Made by a program: the position numbers and the translations under genes. 31,927 nucleotides of DNA, taken from IMG/VR virus record IMGVR_UViG_3300025168_000365, positions 1 to 31,927 of that record. One strand, written 5' to 3'. Below are positions 18,832-27,210 of this stretch, one piece after another. The notes beneath the pieces were generated by a model. The model saw nothing but the letters and a program-made list of their open reading frames with translations, was not told where the DNA came from and made no database searches. This stretch comes from a virus. Lineage: Duplodnaviria; Caudoviricetes. Numbering within the stretch: position 1 is the first letter of the stretch; each line of letters begins with the position of its first letter.

Positions 18832-19086
18832 CTATGTGGTACGGGTGCGTGGCTTCTCGCCGTTACGGCTTCTGTTCTTGCTGGGGGCTTCTAACTTATA
18901 CCCATCAGCGTTAGTACCACCTTTGCTCAACATCTTATTATGGCTAACATCTTTACCACTACGATCAACGCCTTTAGCGTCTAACGCACGCCTAGCCTTC
19001 TGTCTTTCCATACGATTAGCGTGTTCACCGCGTGCTAATTGCTGTTGGTATTCTTTTTTGTACGGGCGCTTGTAGCGTCTACGCAT
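18832..19086 (-). CDS. Small HNH-like endonuclease (degenerate)
   Basis: KDVSHNKMLSKGGTN...NRSRN pattern; basic protein. Confidence 0.55.
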   Translation of the reverse strand: MRRRYKRPYKKEYQQQLARGEHANRMERQKARRALDAKGVDRSGKDVSHNKMLSKGGTNADGYKLEAPSKNRSRNGEKPRTRTT

Positions 19087-19760
19087 TAGTTTCTCCCGTT
19101 ATGAGCACACTCTAGGACTGGGCACCAAGCCCTGCATAGCCCATTCGGTTTTGGGTTCCATGTGTCGTTGTTAAAAGATAGTTCCATATCATTATATTTG
19201 TTTAACCACTCACCCCATAGCCTTTCTTCGTCTTCTATGGTGTATCGGTCTTTAATAAGATCTTCACTCACCACAAACAACAACGCTGCCCGAACAGTCT
19301 TTACTTCGGGGTAATGCTTAAAGGTAGCCAAAGCCATAAGCTCTAACTGCCCTTTGTCCGCATACCGCGCTGACTTGCCGGTCTTGTAGTCGATGACCCA
19401 AGCTAGATTATCTTCTCTGTTAAGTATAACTAAATCAGCTATACCACGGAACCACACGTCGCTACCAAAAAAGCTACATGCCTCTAAGTTCTCAGTCAGT
19501 CCCATCTTGATCTCGCACAACTTCTCGCCTTTCTTAGCGTCTAGTGCGTCTAACATACCCTGTGCATAGCTGAACCGTGGGTCTAGTTCACCACCATCGC
19601 GGATGTATATCTCCGCAGCTTCGTGAAAGGCCGTCCCGTACAACGTGGCCTCAGACTCCTTGAACGGATACTGCTTAAGTACCTTCTCATGGTAGAACTG
19701 CTTAGGGCATTGCTGAAACGCCTTGATCTTGCTGAAACTCCACGGAGCTATACTCATCAT
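19086..19760 (-). CDS. Cas4-like PD-(D/E)XK exonuclease
   Basis: SFS..K.F..CP, GIADL and IDYKTG motifs, plus C-terminal CRAWCPVLEC (four Cys in total). Confidence 0.85.
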   Translation of the reverse strand: MMSIAPWSFSKIKAFQQCPKQFYHEKVLKQYPFKESEATLYGTAFHEAAEIYIRDGGELDPRFSYAQGMLDALDAKKGEKLCEIKMGLTENLEACSFFGSDVWFRGIADLVILNREDNLAWVIDYKTGKSARYADKGQLELMALATFKHYPEVKTVRAALLFVVSEDLIKDRYTIEDEERLWGEWLNKYNDMELSFNNDTWNPKPNGLCRAWCPVLECAHNGRN

Positions 19761-21583
19761 TCACAATCCCCGTACGTTTTTGCTGCCCCGCTTTCACAAT
19801 CAAGCGGTAGTCCTTTAGCCCACTCTGGTACGTGACGCATACACTGCTCTATAAATGCTTGCGCTTCATCTACCTCATTCTCAGGGACGCACACGACGAT
19901 AGAGTCATGTACGGTTAGTACCGGCGGGTACTCGTTGTTTATTAGCAGCATCTGCTCTGCGATTATGCAACGCGCGAGTGCTTGGCAAGCGTTCTCCACA
20001 AACTTACCCCCGTATATACGAGTCGGCCCCCGCCGCGTTTCATAAGTATACTCGACGCGCCCATCATTTTGAGTGCCCTTCAGTCCGTCGTACCGCATCA
20101 TTAGATTTGACGGTAGTAAAACTGACTGGGTTGCTCCTAGAGGTTGAAGTACTGGGTGCGCTCCAATTGGTACCGCTTTATTGTGACTCAACTCATGCAG
20201 CATAGTGCCAGCATCGCGCCATAACTTACAGATGTTCGGGCTAGCAGCGCGGTATACTTTTATAATGTGCCGCGCATCTTTGGTAGATATAGCTACACCA
20301 TACGACTGCAATTGGTCTTGAAACCGCATCGCGCCCATGCCATACCCTGCACCAAGAACGGTGGTCTTACCTACAAACCGCTGCTCCTTAGTCACTTCTT
20401 CTTCTAAGACATTATAAATCTTAGCCGCCATCTTAACGTAAACATCTTCTTTGTTAGTAAACGCTTCGACCAGATCATCTTGCCCCGCCAACCACGCCAA
20501 CACACGCGCTTCAATTTGAGAAGAGTCGCAGTCAACCAACATGAACCCTTCACCAGCTTTCATACTACGTTTTAAGACCTTACCATTAGGCCCACGGCTT
20601 GGCAGGTTTTGGATATTGATTTTATCGTCGCCGCCCCACCTACCTGTGTGTGCAGCGTAATACCTTATAGGTATTGGTAACGGCCCCCGTTTAGCTATAT
20701 CAATAAACCGCTGTGTCCGCGTCTCTTCCAACGTGCTTTTTATGCCGAGCCTCGCTGCTACCAAAACTTGCACGTCTACGTTCTTGTGAGTCAGTAAAGA
20801 TTTAAACCCTTCGTCGGTCTTAGCAAACGCGTAGGCTTCTTTGCCTGTTGTTGCGCTTATCTTTGTTGGCGGCACTACACCAAGGTTCTCTAAAAGCACC
20901 GCAAACTTCGGATTACTCATTAGATCTTCTTTCTTCACCCCAGCCCCAACTAAGAGTTGGTCTTTCCGGTCACAAACCGCTACTAAATGCTGCTCAAGCA
21001 GCCCAAGATCTAGTTCCAGCAGCGGGTTAATAAACATATTCAACGTGCAGTCAATAACCTTAAGCTCTTGTTTAGGGAAGTGCTCCATAAAGATGTTAAA
21101 CAACTTGTAGGTAAGTTCAACATCGTTAATACAGTAGTCCCCGTACGCGTCTAGTTCTTCTTCGGTAAAACCTCTACGTCTTTTGCCCAACGCGTTGACG
21201 ACTTCAGTTCCCTTTTCTCCAATTCCATATCGTTCTGCCAACGCCGCGAGACTTCCACCAACTTCAATGCCGTGTAAAGCACGGGCAACGCACAGAGTAT
21301 CAGCCCAAACAGAAGTAAGAACATCAAATACCCAACACAGTATAGCCCCGTCGAACATAGTGTTATGAGCCAGTACCATGCTGTTTTCCCAATCGAATTC
21401 AGCAAGGTAGTCTTTAAGTTCTTCATGTGTGCCCGATGCCCATTCTGTTGATCCGTTGTTAACCTTCACACCCACGCCAATTACTTCAAAGCGCGGGTCA
21501 CGTACATACTCTTCTATGGTTAACTTCTTTAGAGAGTAGTCCTTATCATAGTAGGTCTCGAAGTCTAGTGTAATCAAATCCAC
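19757..21583 (-). CDS. polA: Family A DNA polymerase with 3'-5' exonuclease
   Basis: Exo motifs LDFETY, AHN..FD and YCINDV; motif A DSSQIEARV; motif B RFVGKTTVLGAGYG; motif C VHDS. Confidence 0.93.
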   Translation of the reverse strand: MDLITLDFETYYDKDYSLKKLTIEEYVRDPRFEVIGVGVKVNNGSTEWASGTHEELKDYLAEFDWENSMVLAHNTMFDGAILCWVFDVLTSVWADTLCVARALHGIEVGGSLAALAERYGIGEKGTEVVNALGKRRRGFTEEELDAYGDYCINDVELTYKLFNIFMEHFPKQELKVIDCTLNMFINPLLELDLGLLEQHLVAVCDRKDQLLVGAGVKKEDLMSNPKFAVLLENLGVVPPTKISATTGKEAYAFAKTDEGFKSLLTHKNVDVQVLVAARLGIKSTLEETRTQRFIDIAKRGPLPIPIRYYAAHTGRWGGDDKINIQNLPSRGPNGKVLKRSMKAGEGFMLVDCDSSQIEARVLAWLAGQDDLVEAFTNKEDVYVKMAAKIYNVLEEEVTKEQRFVGKTTVLGAGYGMGAMRFQDQLQSYGVAISTKDARHIIKVYRAASPNICKLWRDAGTMLHELSHNKAVPIGAHPVLQPLGATQSVLLPSNLMMRYDGLKGTQNDGRVEYTYETRRGPTRIYGGKFVENACQALARCIIAEQMLLINNEYPPVLTVHDSIVVCVPENEVDEAQAFIEQCMRHVPEWAKGLPLDCESGAAKTYGDCE

Positions 21584-21756
21584 TATTCCGGCTCCCGTTG
21601 TTTGATCTTTTTAAGATTAAAGTCCGAAGAACTGGGAATGCGAAGAATTATTCCTTCGCCATCTTCTACAGCAAACCCAGCCTCTTGTGCGTTCTTAGCT
21701 GTGACCACCACGCTAGTCTCGACTAAGGTAGTAAATGTAACTTCAAACTTTGGCAT
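21583..21756 (-). CDS. 57-aa hypothetical protein (not in the supplied ORF track)
   Basis: Strong AAGGAGGAG RBS; translates MPKFEVTFTTLVETSVVVTAKNAQEA...REPE; its TAG overlaps the polA GTG. Confidence 0.75.
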   Translation of the reverse strand: MPKFEVTFTTLVETSVVVTAKNAQEAGFAVEDGEGIILRIPSSSDFNLKKIKQREPE

Positions 21757-21768
21757 ATCTACTCCTCC

Positions 21769-22644
21769 TTACAGATCCCAGCCCCCTAGCCGTCGGAGTT
21801 CAGCCTCAATATAGAACAGGATCTTCTTGGCATCGCGAAGCTCGTCGCTGTGAGACGACTGCCCGTACCGATAGCACGCTCGGAAGATCTCACCGACCTG
21901 CGCGTTCATGTTCTTGTGAGATATAAGGTCTTGTAACTGCGTCGCGCCTTTAGGTAATACATAGTAAGACGCGGTGCTACCGTCACTGACCCCCTCGCCA
22001 ACAACCTTAGAGACAACCTCTTCTTCCCAGTCGTGCTCAACATCTTGTAGTGCCGCCTTTAGATCCCCCGCTGCGTCATCCATTTCTTTTCGGCCCCGCA
22101 ATACTCGTTCCTGCATTTCCAGTTTTCGGCTCCGCAATTCCCTGCTTGCCTTGGTGTCCCATTGGTCTGGAATATAATCTTTAGATCTTATACGTGGGAT
22201 TGGGTCGGACAGCTCATTCTTTTGTCTGTAGTTAAGCTCGGCAAGTACGGTGCGCCTTTGAAGCGCCTCAAGAACCTTATCATTTGCGAGTAACTCATCT
22301 ACCAAGTCAGTGTTGTCGTTAAGTATTTTAGCTACCGCCGGTGCGTCTAGCTTTGGACTCGTTATCGCGTCTAGCAAATCAAACTCTTGTTGCGATGGGT
22401 TCCACCGCTCCGCACTTACGCCAGCAGCCTCCACTAGTTCGTCTCTAGTGCCAGCGATAGTGGCATTCTTAATATCTGTTATCGTTGCCCATGCAACATT
22501 ATAGCTTGCGTCACACGCATCAGCACCCTGCCTAGCTGTGGCATCGGGATTACGTAAAAAATATCTTAGGCATTTAAGGCTTTTGCTTGGGCCTTTGCTG
22601 AACATCTTATACTCACTACGCTTATTATTTTCCAAACGTGCCAT
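21769..22644 (-). CDS. Protein with an N-terminal HTH-like segment and a C-terminal DUF3310-like (T7 gp1.7-like) domain
   Basis: C-terminal ASYY...GEIFRACYRYG....RDAKKILFY pattern; N-terminal PDATARQGADACDASYNVAW. Start moved to 22644 (AGGAG RBS). Confidence 0.55.
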   Translation of the reverse strand: MARLENNKRSEYKMFSKGPSKSLKCLRYFLRNPDATARQGADACDASYNVAWATITDIKNATIAGTRDELVEAAGVSAERWNPSQQEFDLLDAITSPKLDAPAVAKILNDNTDLVDELLANDKVLEALQRRTVLAELNYRQKNELSDPIPRIRSKDYIPDQWDTKASRELRSRKLEMQERVLRGRKEMDDAAGDLKAALQDVEHDWEEEVVSKVVGEGVSDGSTASYYVLPKGATQLQDLISHKNMNAQVGEIFRACYRYGQSSHSDELRDAKKILFYIEAELRRLGGWDL

Positions 22645-22666
22645 TTCGATTCTCCTATCTTTTGGC

Positions 22667-22972
22667 TTAATCCACACAAATGCGGCTATCTATTAATAAA
22701 TAACCTATATCGTGCATGTTCTCTTCGTTAATGACTAACGCAAGTCCCCTTGCTTCGTCGATGTCTTTTAAGTTCTTTTCCTGTAACGCAGTGACCTTGT
22801 TGCCCCCTGCTTTACATTCAAACCCAAAAAATTTTCCTTGGTAGCACCCAACAATGTCAGGCACGCCACTCTTCCCATAACCCCCCGTAGCCGGATAAAA
22901 ATAGTATGCGCCTAAGCCCTTAAGCTGATCCGCAACTACCTTCTTAACCTTCGCTTCCGGTGTTCTTGCCAT
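22667..22972 (-). CDS. VRR-NUC domain nuclease (Holliday junction resolvase-like)
   Basis: TPEAKVK, GVPDIVGC, FECKA and TALQ motifs. Confidence 0.85.
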   Translation of the reverse strand: MARTPEAKVKKVVADQLKGLGAYYFYPATGGYGKSGVPDIVGCYQGKFFGFECKAGGNKVTALQEKNLKDIDEARGLALVINEENMHDIGYLLIDSRICVD

Positions 22973-23177
22973 CCTTTGTCTCCTTTAAAAGTTTGGTAAC
23001 GCTTACTGTTAACTTCTTAATCTCGCGCTGGTTTGTTTCGATAGCCTTACCCAAGTACGCAAAGTCTTGGCATAGGTCATCAGTAGCCCGAGTCAGAGTA
23101 GATATAGACTTAATGCTGTCCATCATCTCCTGCATCGTATCGTCATCAATTTCCATCTCTAACGTTATCTTCGCCAT
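22944..23177 (-). CDS. Small coiled-coil hypothetical protein
   Basis: Start reassigned to ATG 23177 (AGGGG RBS). The upstream extension runs through a palindrome and structured RNA. Confidence 0.55.
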   Translation of the reverse strand: MAKITLEMEIDDDTMQEMMDSIKSISTLTRATDDLCQDFAYLGKAIETNQREIKKLTVSVTKLLKETKDGKNTGSEG

Positions 23178-23205
23178 ACGTACCCCTAAAAATTCACTGG
23201 CATCA

Positions 23206-23230
23206 AATCTAGTGTAGCCTACACTAGATT
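23206..23230. promoter_or_regulatory. TAGTGT-N5-ACACTA palindrome (perfect 12-bp arms)
   Basis: AATCTAGTGTAG C CTACACTAGATT. Confidence 0.75.
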
Positions 23231-23242
23231 CGCGTAAAATCT

Positions 23243-23395
23243 GGATGCGGTGGTTGTTACGATTGACCCCATGAAACTTTGGGGTACACATCCCAAAGCG
23301 TAGGTGAGTGCTTCATCGTAACCGTTATTTAAACCCCGAGTTCTGGTGGGGCGAAAACAGACGGAGGCCACCGCTCCCCCGTCCTTGCTACCTAC
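23243..23395 (-). ncRNA. Putative complex two-domain pseudoknotted RNA
   Basis: Seven complementary segment pairs within about 150 nt; the G-U wobbles all favour the - strand. Confidence 0.55.
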
Positions 23396-23398
23396 TCA

Positions 23399-23758
23399 TC
23401 AACCTTCTATGTGGTAAACCTCAAACCCGTTATTGGTCTGGAGCTTAAGTCCCACCCCGTCCACTTTACCAGCAAACGATTGATTACTACCCCAGCAAGC
23501 CGCTTGTAAGATAAAAACCTTATCTGCCAGCCATTTGGGTAACTCTTCAAACGAAGCATACGTGCCTTCTACTGCACTGTCAACACATCCCATACCAACA
23601 CAAGCGATTTGTAGTTCTCCCATGCCCTTGTTGATAGTTACAAAGTAGCTTGTATGTTTAAAAGGTACCTTCTCGCTTTTAACATGTTTACCAACTTCTA
23701 TAGGCGCATCCTCCCTCACCTGCTGGGATGAACGCCCCTTACGTATTTTAATAGACAC
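23399..23758 (-). CDS. Hypothetical protein; C-terminal domain paralogous to the upstream gene
   Basis: TYASFEELPKWLADKVFIL...GVGLKL....FEVY. Confidence 0.65.
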   Translation of the reverse strand: MSIKIRKGRSSQQVREDAPIEVGKHVKSEKVPFKHTSYFVTINKGMGELQIACVGMGCVDSAVEGTYASFEELPKWLADKVFILQAACWGSNQSFAGKVDGVGLKLQTNNGFEVYHIEG

Positions 23759-24653
23759 AAAACAACTCCTCTGTGAGCTTCACACCAATCTCTTCCGCGA
23801 AGTGTCCAGTACCGAACACATTCAGTGTAGCCAACTTCTCGTGTATCTCCTGCGGTAGTTCTTCATGCGATGTAAAAGTCTTACGTAAGTTCCCCTCGGG
23901 GTGGATTGTTGATTCGTTAAGACATTTAAATTGTCCACCCTCAAAGAACACCCAAGTTTCTGGGTAGTTGGTGCGAACCTCTGCGTGCTTCTTGATGGTG
24001 TCTATCCACACACCTAGCGCGGTCTTAATTTCTGGGTGTAGGAAAGTGTACGTTGGAGACTTAAACATATGCTTTAGTTCCTCCGCAAACTTTGGAGATC
24101 TTTTAAGTTCATAGTAGCCCCGCTCCAAAAACCCATTTACGGCATCCCGAATACTCGAATCAGCATCATTCACAATATGATGTACCTGTATTTGTACGTC
24201 GTGCTTGAAACCCTTGGCTAAGTCACCCACGGTTATCGGGGACAGTGACTCTAGTATTGCTTTCTTACACCCCGTTATATTTTTGGACATCTTCATATGA
24301 TACTGAGGACTGCTGCTGTTGTACCTACGGTTCGTTATGTCCTTGCTCCTGACCATAAAGCGGTAGGGGTCATCTGAACTCCAGTCGTCAAAGTAATTAC
24401 CCCAACCTACCTTCCCGCGTGTATACACTTCGTTGGGCATACATATATGTAGGTCAATACCGCGAGTCCCGTAGTCATTAGGGTTGCTTGCGTAAACCCA
24501 CGAGAACGGTGTGGCATCGTCTATAAAGCGTTGGAGATCCCCCGCCTGAGTACCAACTGGTGCTGCTTCTGCGGCTCGCTCTCCGTATCTTCTGTTAGCG
24601 TCCCGTTTTACTTCTTTAACTCTTCGTAATTCACGTACTTTCATAATTGTCAT
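23748..24653 (-). CDS. Hypothetical protein
   Basis: 301-aa ORF in the operon; ends TFTSHEELPQEIHEKLATL...IGVKL...FCVY. Confidence 0.7.
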   Translation of the reverse strand: MTIMKVRELRRVKEVKRDANRRYGERAAEAAPVGTQAGDLQRFIDDATPFSWVYASNPNDYGTRGIDLHICMPNEVYTRGKVGWGNYFDDWSSDDPYRFMVRSKDITNRRYNSSSPQYHMKMSKNITGCKKAILESLSPITVGDLAKGFKHDVQIQVHHIVNDADSSIRDAVNGFLERGYYELKRSPKFAEELKHMFKSPTYTFLHPEIKTALGVWIDTIKKHAEVRTNYPETWVFFEGGQFKCLNESTIHPEGNLRKTFTSHEELPQEIHEKLATLNVFGTGHFAEEIGVKLTEELFCVY

Positions 24654-24666
24654 CCTAGTTTTCTTA

Positions 24667-24680
24667 GCCGCTTGCGCGGC
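24667..24680 (-). promoter_or_regulatory. GNRA tetraloop hairpin
   Basis: GCCGC-GCAA-GCGGC on the - strand, between the palindrome and the next start. Confidence 0.45.
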
Positions 24681-24695
24681 ATTGATTTATTAATT

Positions 24696-24714
24696 TTAGT
24701 GTTGGCTACACTAA
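24696..24714. promoter_or_regulatory. TAGTGT-N5-ACACTA palindrome overlapping the VWA gene stop
   Basis: TTAGTGTTGGCTACACTAA. Confidence 0.75.
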
Positions 24715-26082
24715 GTGTTCTGATTTTATGTGTACCACGGTACCAACCGGAGGCATCGCTCTGGGGTTGTCTTGGATACACCAAAGGACTTTGTTATTAG
24801 CGAAAGCCCAGTCTCCCCAACCTCCCCAGAATTCCCCATCGGTCAAGACAATAACTGCATCGGGGGTTATACCCTTATCTTTACAGTATGCTGGTACACA
24901 CTCGATCTCTGTGCCTCCGCCAGACACAGGCTTAGTAGACTTAGCGACGTTCTCTATATCGTCACGCTCGTAAAGTTCTTCGTGAACCACTTGCGTACCC
25001 CAGTAGATAACCCGCAACCGATCAGGCTTGGCTACCTTGCAGATTCCAGCTATCTCGGAAAGAAACCTAGTCAGCTGCGCTTTATTCATGCAGGAGCCTG
25101 ACGTGTCGCACGCTATCAGCATCTCTTCTACTGTCTCGCTTACACCGCTGGGCATATACACGTCGGTGTGCATGTACCTACGATTAGGTCTGTTGAATGT
25201 TGAGTAGTCGTTACCCGAACAGGCTTTCTGCCAGAACTGTCTAAGCGGCTCAGTCCAATCAATCTGCGGATTGAGTAACTCGTTCAAGTCCAATGAGCCA
25301 CCACCAGTCTTGTCCTTACCCGCTGCAAGCACACCCTGCCGTAAGGCTTGGTCAACTTCCCTCTCAAGTTCTTTAATTTCTTGGTCGGTTAGTTCACTAG
25401 CCCCTTCCCAGTCGTGTTCATCAAACCCATTGGGAGTTCCCATACCTCCACTTTCGCTCTCACCTTTGCCCTTCCTAGGAGTTCCCATACCTTCACCTTC
25501 GCCGTCACCCTCACCTTCGCCGTCGCCCTCGCCCTCGCCCTCACCTTCATCTTCACCCTCACTAGGATCTTCACTAGGCTTGTCGTTGTCTAGGGGGTTC
25601 CCGGTGCCGGGTGTGTCGGTGTTACCTCCCTCTCCCGTTAAGATGTTAAAGACCTGTAGGGTTGTCATGCCTGCGAACCTGTCGTCAACCCAGCCTCTGT
25701 AGTCCCCGTCTGGCATAACAGCAAAGCCGTCGTGACTACACTCTTCGTTGATCTCTAAGTTAATAACGTAGTCCATAGCGCGGTTAGCCAACTGCGCGTC
25801 CTGCTGCATAAGCGGCTCCCATATAACTAGGTGCTTGTACATCTTGTGCTTTAGTTCGTGGATGATTATGTAACGCAGCTGCGCGTCGGTTAAGTTCTTA
25901 ATCATCTCTCGTGAGTACCACTCGTCCCTGCCATTAGTGCAAGCTGTGGTCATAGTGTCGCTTACACTACGTTCACCAATTAACAGCACCCCACCGGATG
26001 CCCTGTATCTTTTGTCTCCGAACACAGCTACCACACCTTTTTGTAGTCGCTGTTCCTCGGTAATTTCTCCTAACATATTCAT
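24706..26082 (-). CDS. DUF2201-type metallopeptidase + VWA domain protein
   Basis: TACTNG, HELKH (HExxH) and NRAMDYVIN; acidic Gly-Glu linker; MIDAS DTSGS, GGGT and VLTDG. Start moved to 26082 (AAGGAG RBS). Confidence 0.88.
   Translation of the reverse strand: MNMLGEITEEQRLQKGVVAVFGDKRYRASGGVLLIGERSVSDTMTTACTNGRDEWYSREMIKNLTDAQLRYIIIHELKHKMYKHLVIWEPLMQQDAQLANRAMDYVINLEINEECSHDGFAVMPDGDYRGWVDDRFAGMTTLQVFNILTGEGGNTDTPGTGNPLDNDKPSEDPSEGEDEGEGEGEGDGEGEGDGEGEGMGTPRKGKGESESGGMGTPNGFDEHDWEGASELTDQEIKELEREVDQALRQGVLAAGKDKTGGGSLDLNELLNPQIDWTEPLRQFWQKACSGNDYSTFNRPNRRYMHTDVYMPSGVSETVEEMLIACDTSGSCMNKAQLTRFLSEIAGICKVAKPDRLRVIYWGTQVVHEELYERDDIENVAKSTKPVSGGGTEIECVPAYCKDKGITPDAVIVLTDGEFWGGWGDWAFANNKVLWCIQDNPRAMPPVGTVVHIKSEHLV
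25432..25560 (-). repeat. (GE/GD)n 6-nt repeat linker plus a duplicated GMGTP
   Basis: CCCTCG/CCTTCA-type hexamer run; GGAGTTCCCATACCT occurs twice. Confidence 0.8.
25953..25969. promoter_or_regulatory. Intragenic TAGTGT-N5-ACACTA palindrome
   Basis: TAGTGTCGCTTACACTA. Confidence 0.6.
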
Positions 26083-26092
26083 ATCTATCTCC

Positions 26093-27190
26093 TTAGATCT
26101 TGTCTGCTGTGAATAAGAATTGATTGTCTCTAGCCCACTTGCCAAATGACGCGTGAGTAGTTATCTCTCGCTTGAATGCGTAGTCCTGCTTGATCACTGT
26201 TTGTATGAACATGGCTTGAGCCTCAGTGCGTAGCCGTGGCAAGTAAGTCATTGCGGGGCCGACCAGCTGTTTGTCCATAGAGCCTATGATCTTAGAAACT
26301 GTCATGACGCACGCACTTGAACCCTGTGGCACTATCGCGGTCTCGGGGGAGTTGCGGATGTCATCTAGCCTCGGTAGTTCATTAGCCAGCTGAACAAACG
26401 CCATCAAGTCCAACGCACCGGCCCGACCAATGGCACCGATCAATGCGCTGTACTTCGCGTTGTCACTCATGTTGATACCGTCCTGCAATATTATTGACGC
26501 GGCTTCAAGTGACCTCGGCGTAATGAAGGCCGCTCGTTCCTGTTGTGGGTGGAAGATGTATTGGTTATCTGCTGGATTCTTAACATCTTCGTACGATTGC
26601 AGTACCTGTTGGAACTCGTTAACGAAACCCACCACCGCAGTGTGCAGTGCATTAGGTAATGCGAAGTTAACGATCCATTCTTCTGCTGTTGGCTTGCGTA
26701 CCCGCATCACTGCGATACGGTTGCGTTGGTGAGCTTCCAAGGAGTCACCCACGTTCTCAGCACCTTTGTTGGTGGTTGCGAACACGATTGACTTTGGGTG
26801 CATAGTGTAGCTTCCGATCTTTCGCTCAAGCATTGGTCGCAGTAGCGCGTTCTTGACTGCTCTGTTGGCTTTACCGTACTCGTCGATCATCAGAATGATG
26901 GGCTTATCCAAGTGCGCACCCAATTCCTCGTTTGTTAAGTACCTAACAAACCCAGTGCCATCGTCCAGCTTGGCAATGTTGGGTATCGTAACGTCACCCA
27001 AGTCCTTGGTCGTGCAATCGAAGTAGCATGGGGTGTACTCACCACCCAGCTTCTTCGCCAACATCTTAAGAACTGTGGTCTTACCGATGCCCATATCACC
27101 TTCAGCTAACACTGTGATCTTCGGCCCGATGTCAGCTATCGTATCTGCTAGCTCTTCAAAGTTTACTGCGTACATTTGTTCTGCGTTCAT
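26093..27190 (-). CDS. MoxR/CobS-like AAA+ ATPase
   Basis: GDMGIGKT, LMIDEYGKA, ATTN, RNR and TPRS motifs; adjacent to the VWA gene. Confidence 0.88.
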   Translation of the reverse strand: MNAEQMYAVNFEELADTIADIGPKITVLAEGDMGIGKTTVLKMLAKKLGGEYTPCYFDCTTKDLGDVTIPNIAKLDDGTGFVRYLTNEELGAHLDKPIILMIDEYGKANRAVKNALLRPMLERKIGSYTMHPKSIVFATTNKGAENVGDSLEAHQRNRIAVMRVRKPTAEEWIVNFALPNALHTAVVGFVNEFQQVLQSYEDVKNPADNQYIFHPQQERAAFITPRSLEAASIILQDGINMSDNAKYSALIGAIGRAGALDLMAFVQLANELPRLDDIRNSPETAIVPQGSSACVMTVSKIIGSMDKQLVGPAMTYLPRLRTEAQAMFIQTVIKQDYAFKREITTHASFGKWARDNQFLFTADKI

Positions 27191-27210
27191 GTGGTTCTCC
27201 TAACTTTATT

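Noticed and set aside
18832-19086. HNH gene as a mobile intron or homing element
   Set aside because: It does not interrupt a gene, is coupled to the exonuclease stop, and no intron core is apparent.
19086-19760. Cas4-like gene suggesting a CRISPR system
   Set aside because: No cas1/cas2 and no repeat-spacer array. It sits beside polA like ordinary phage exonucleases.
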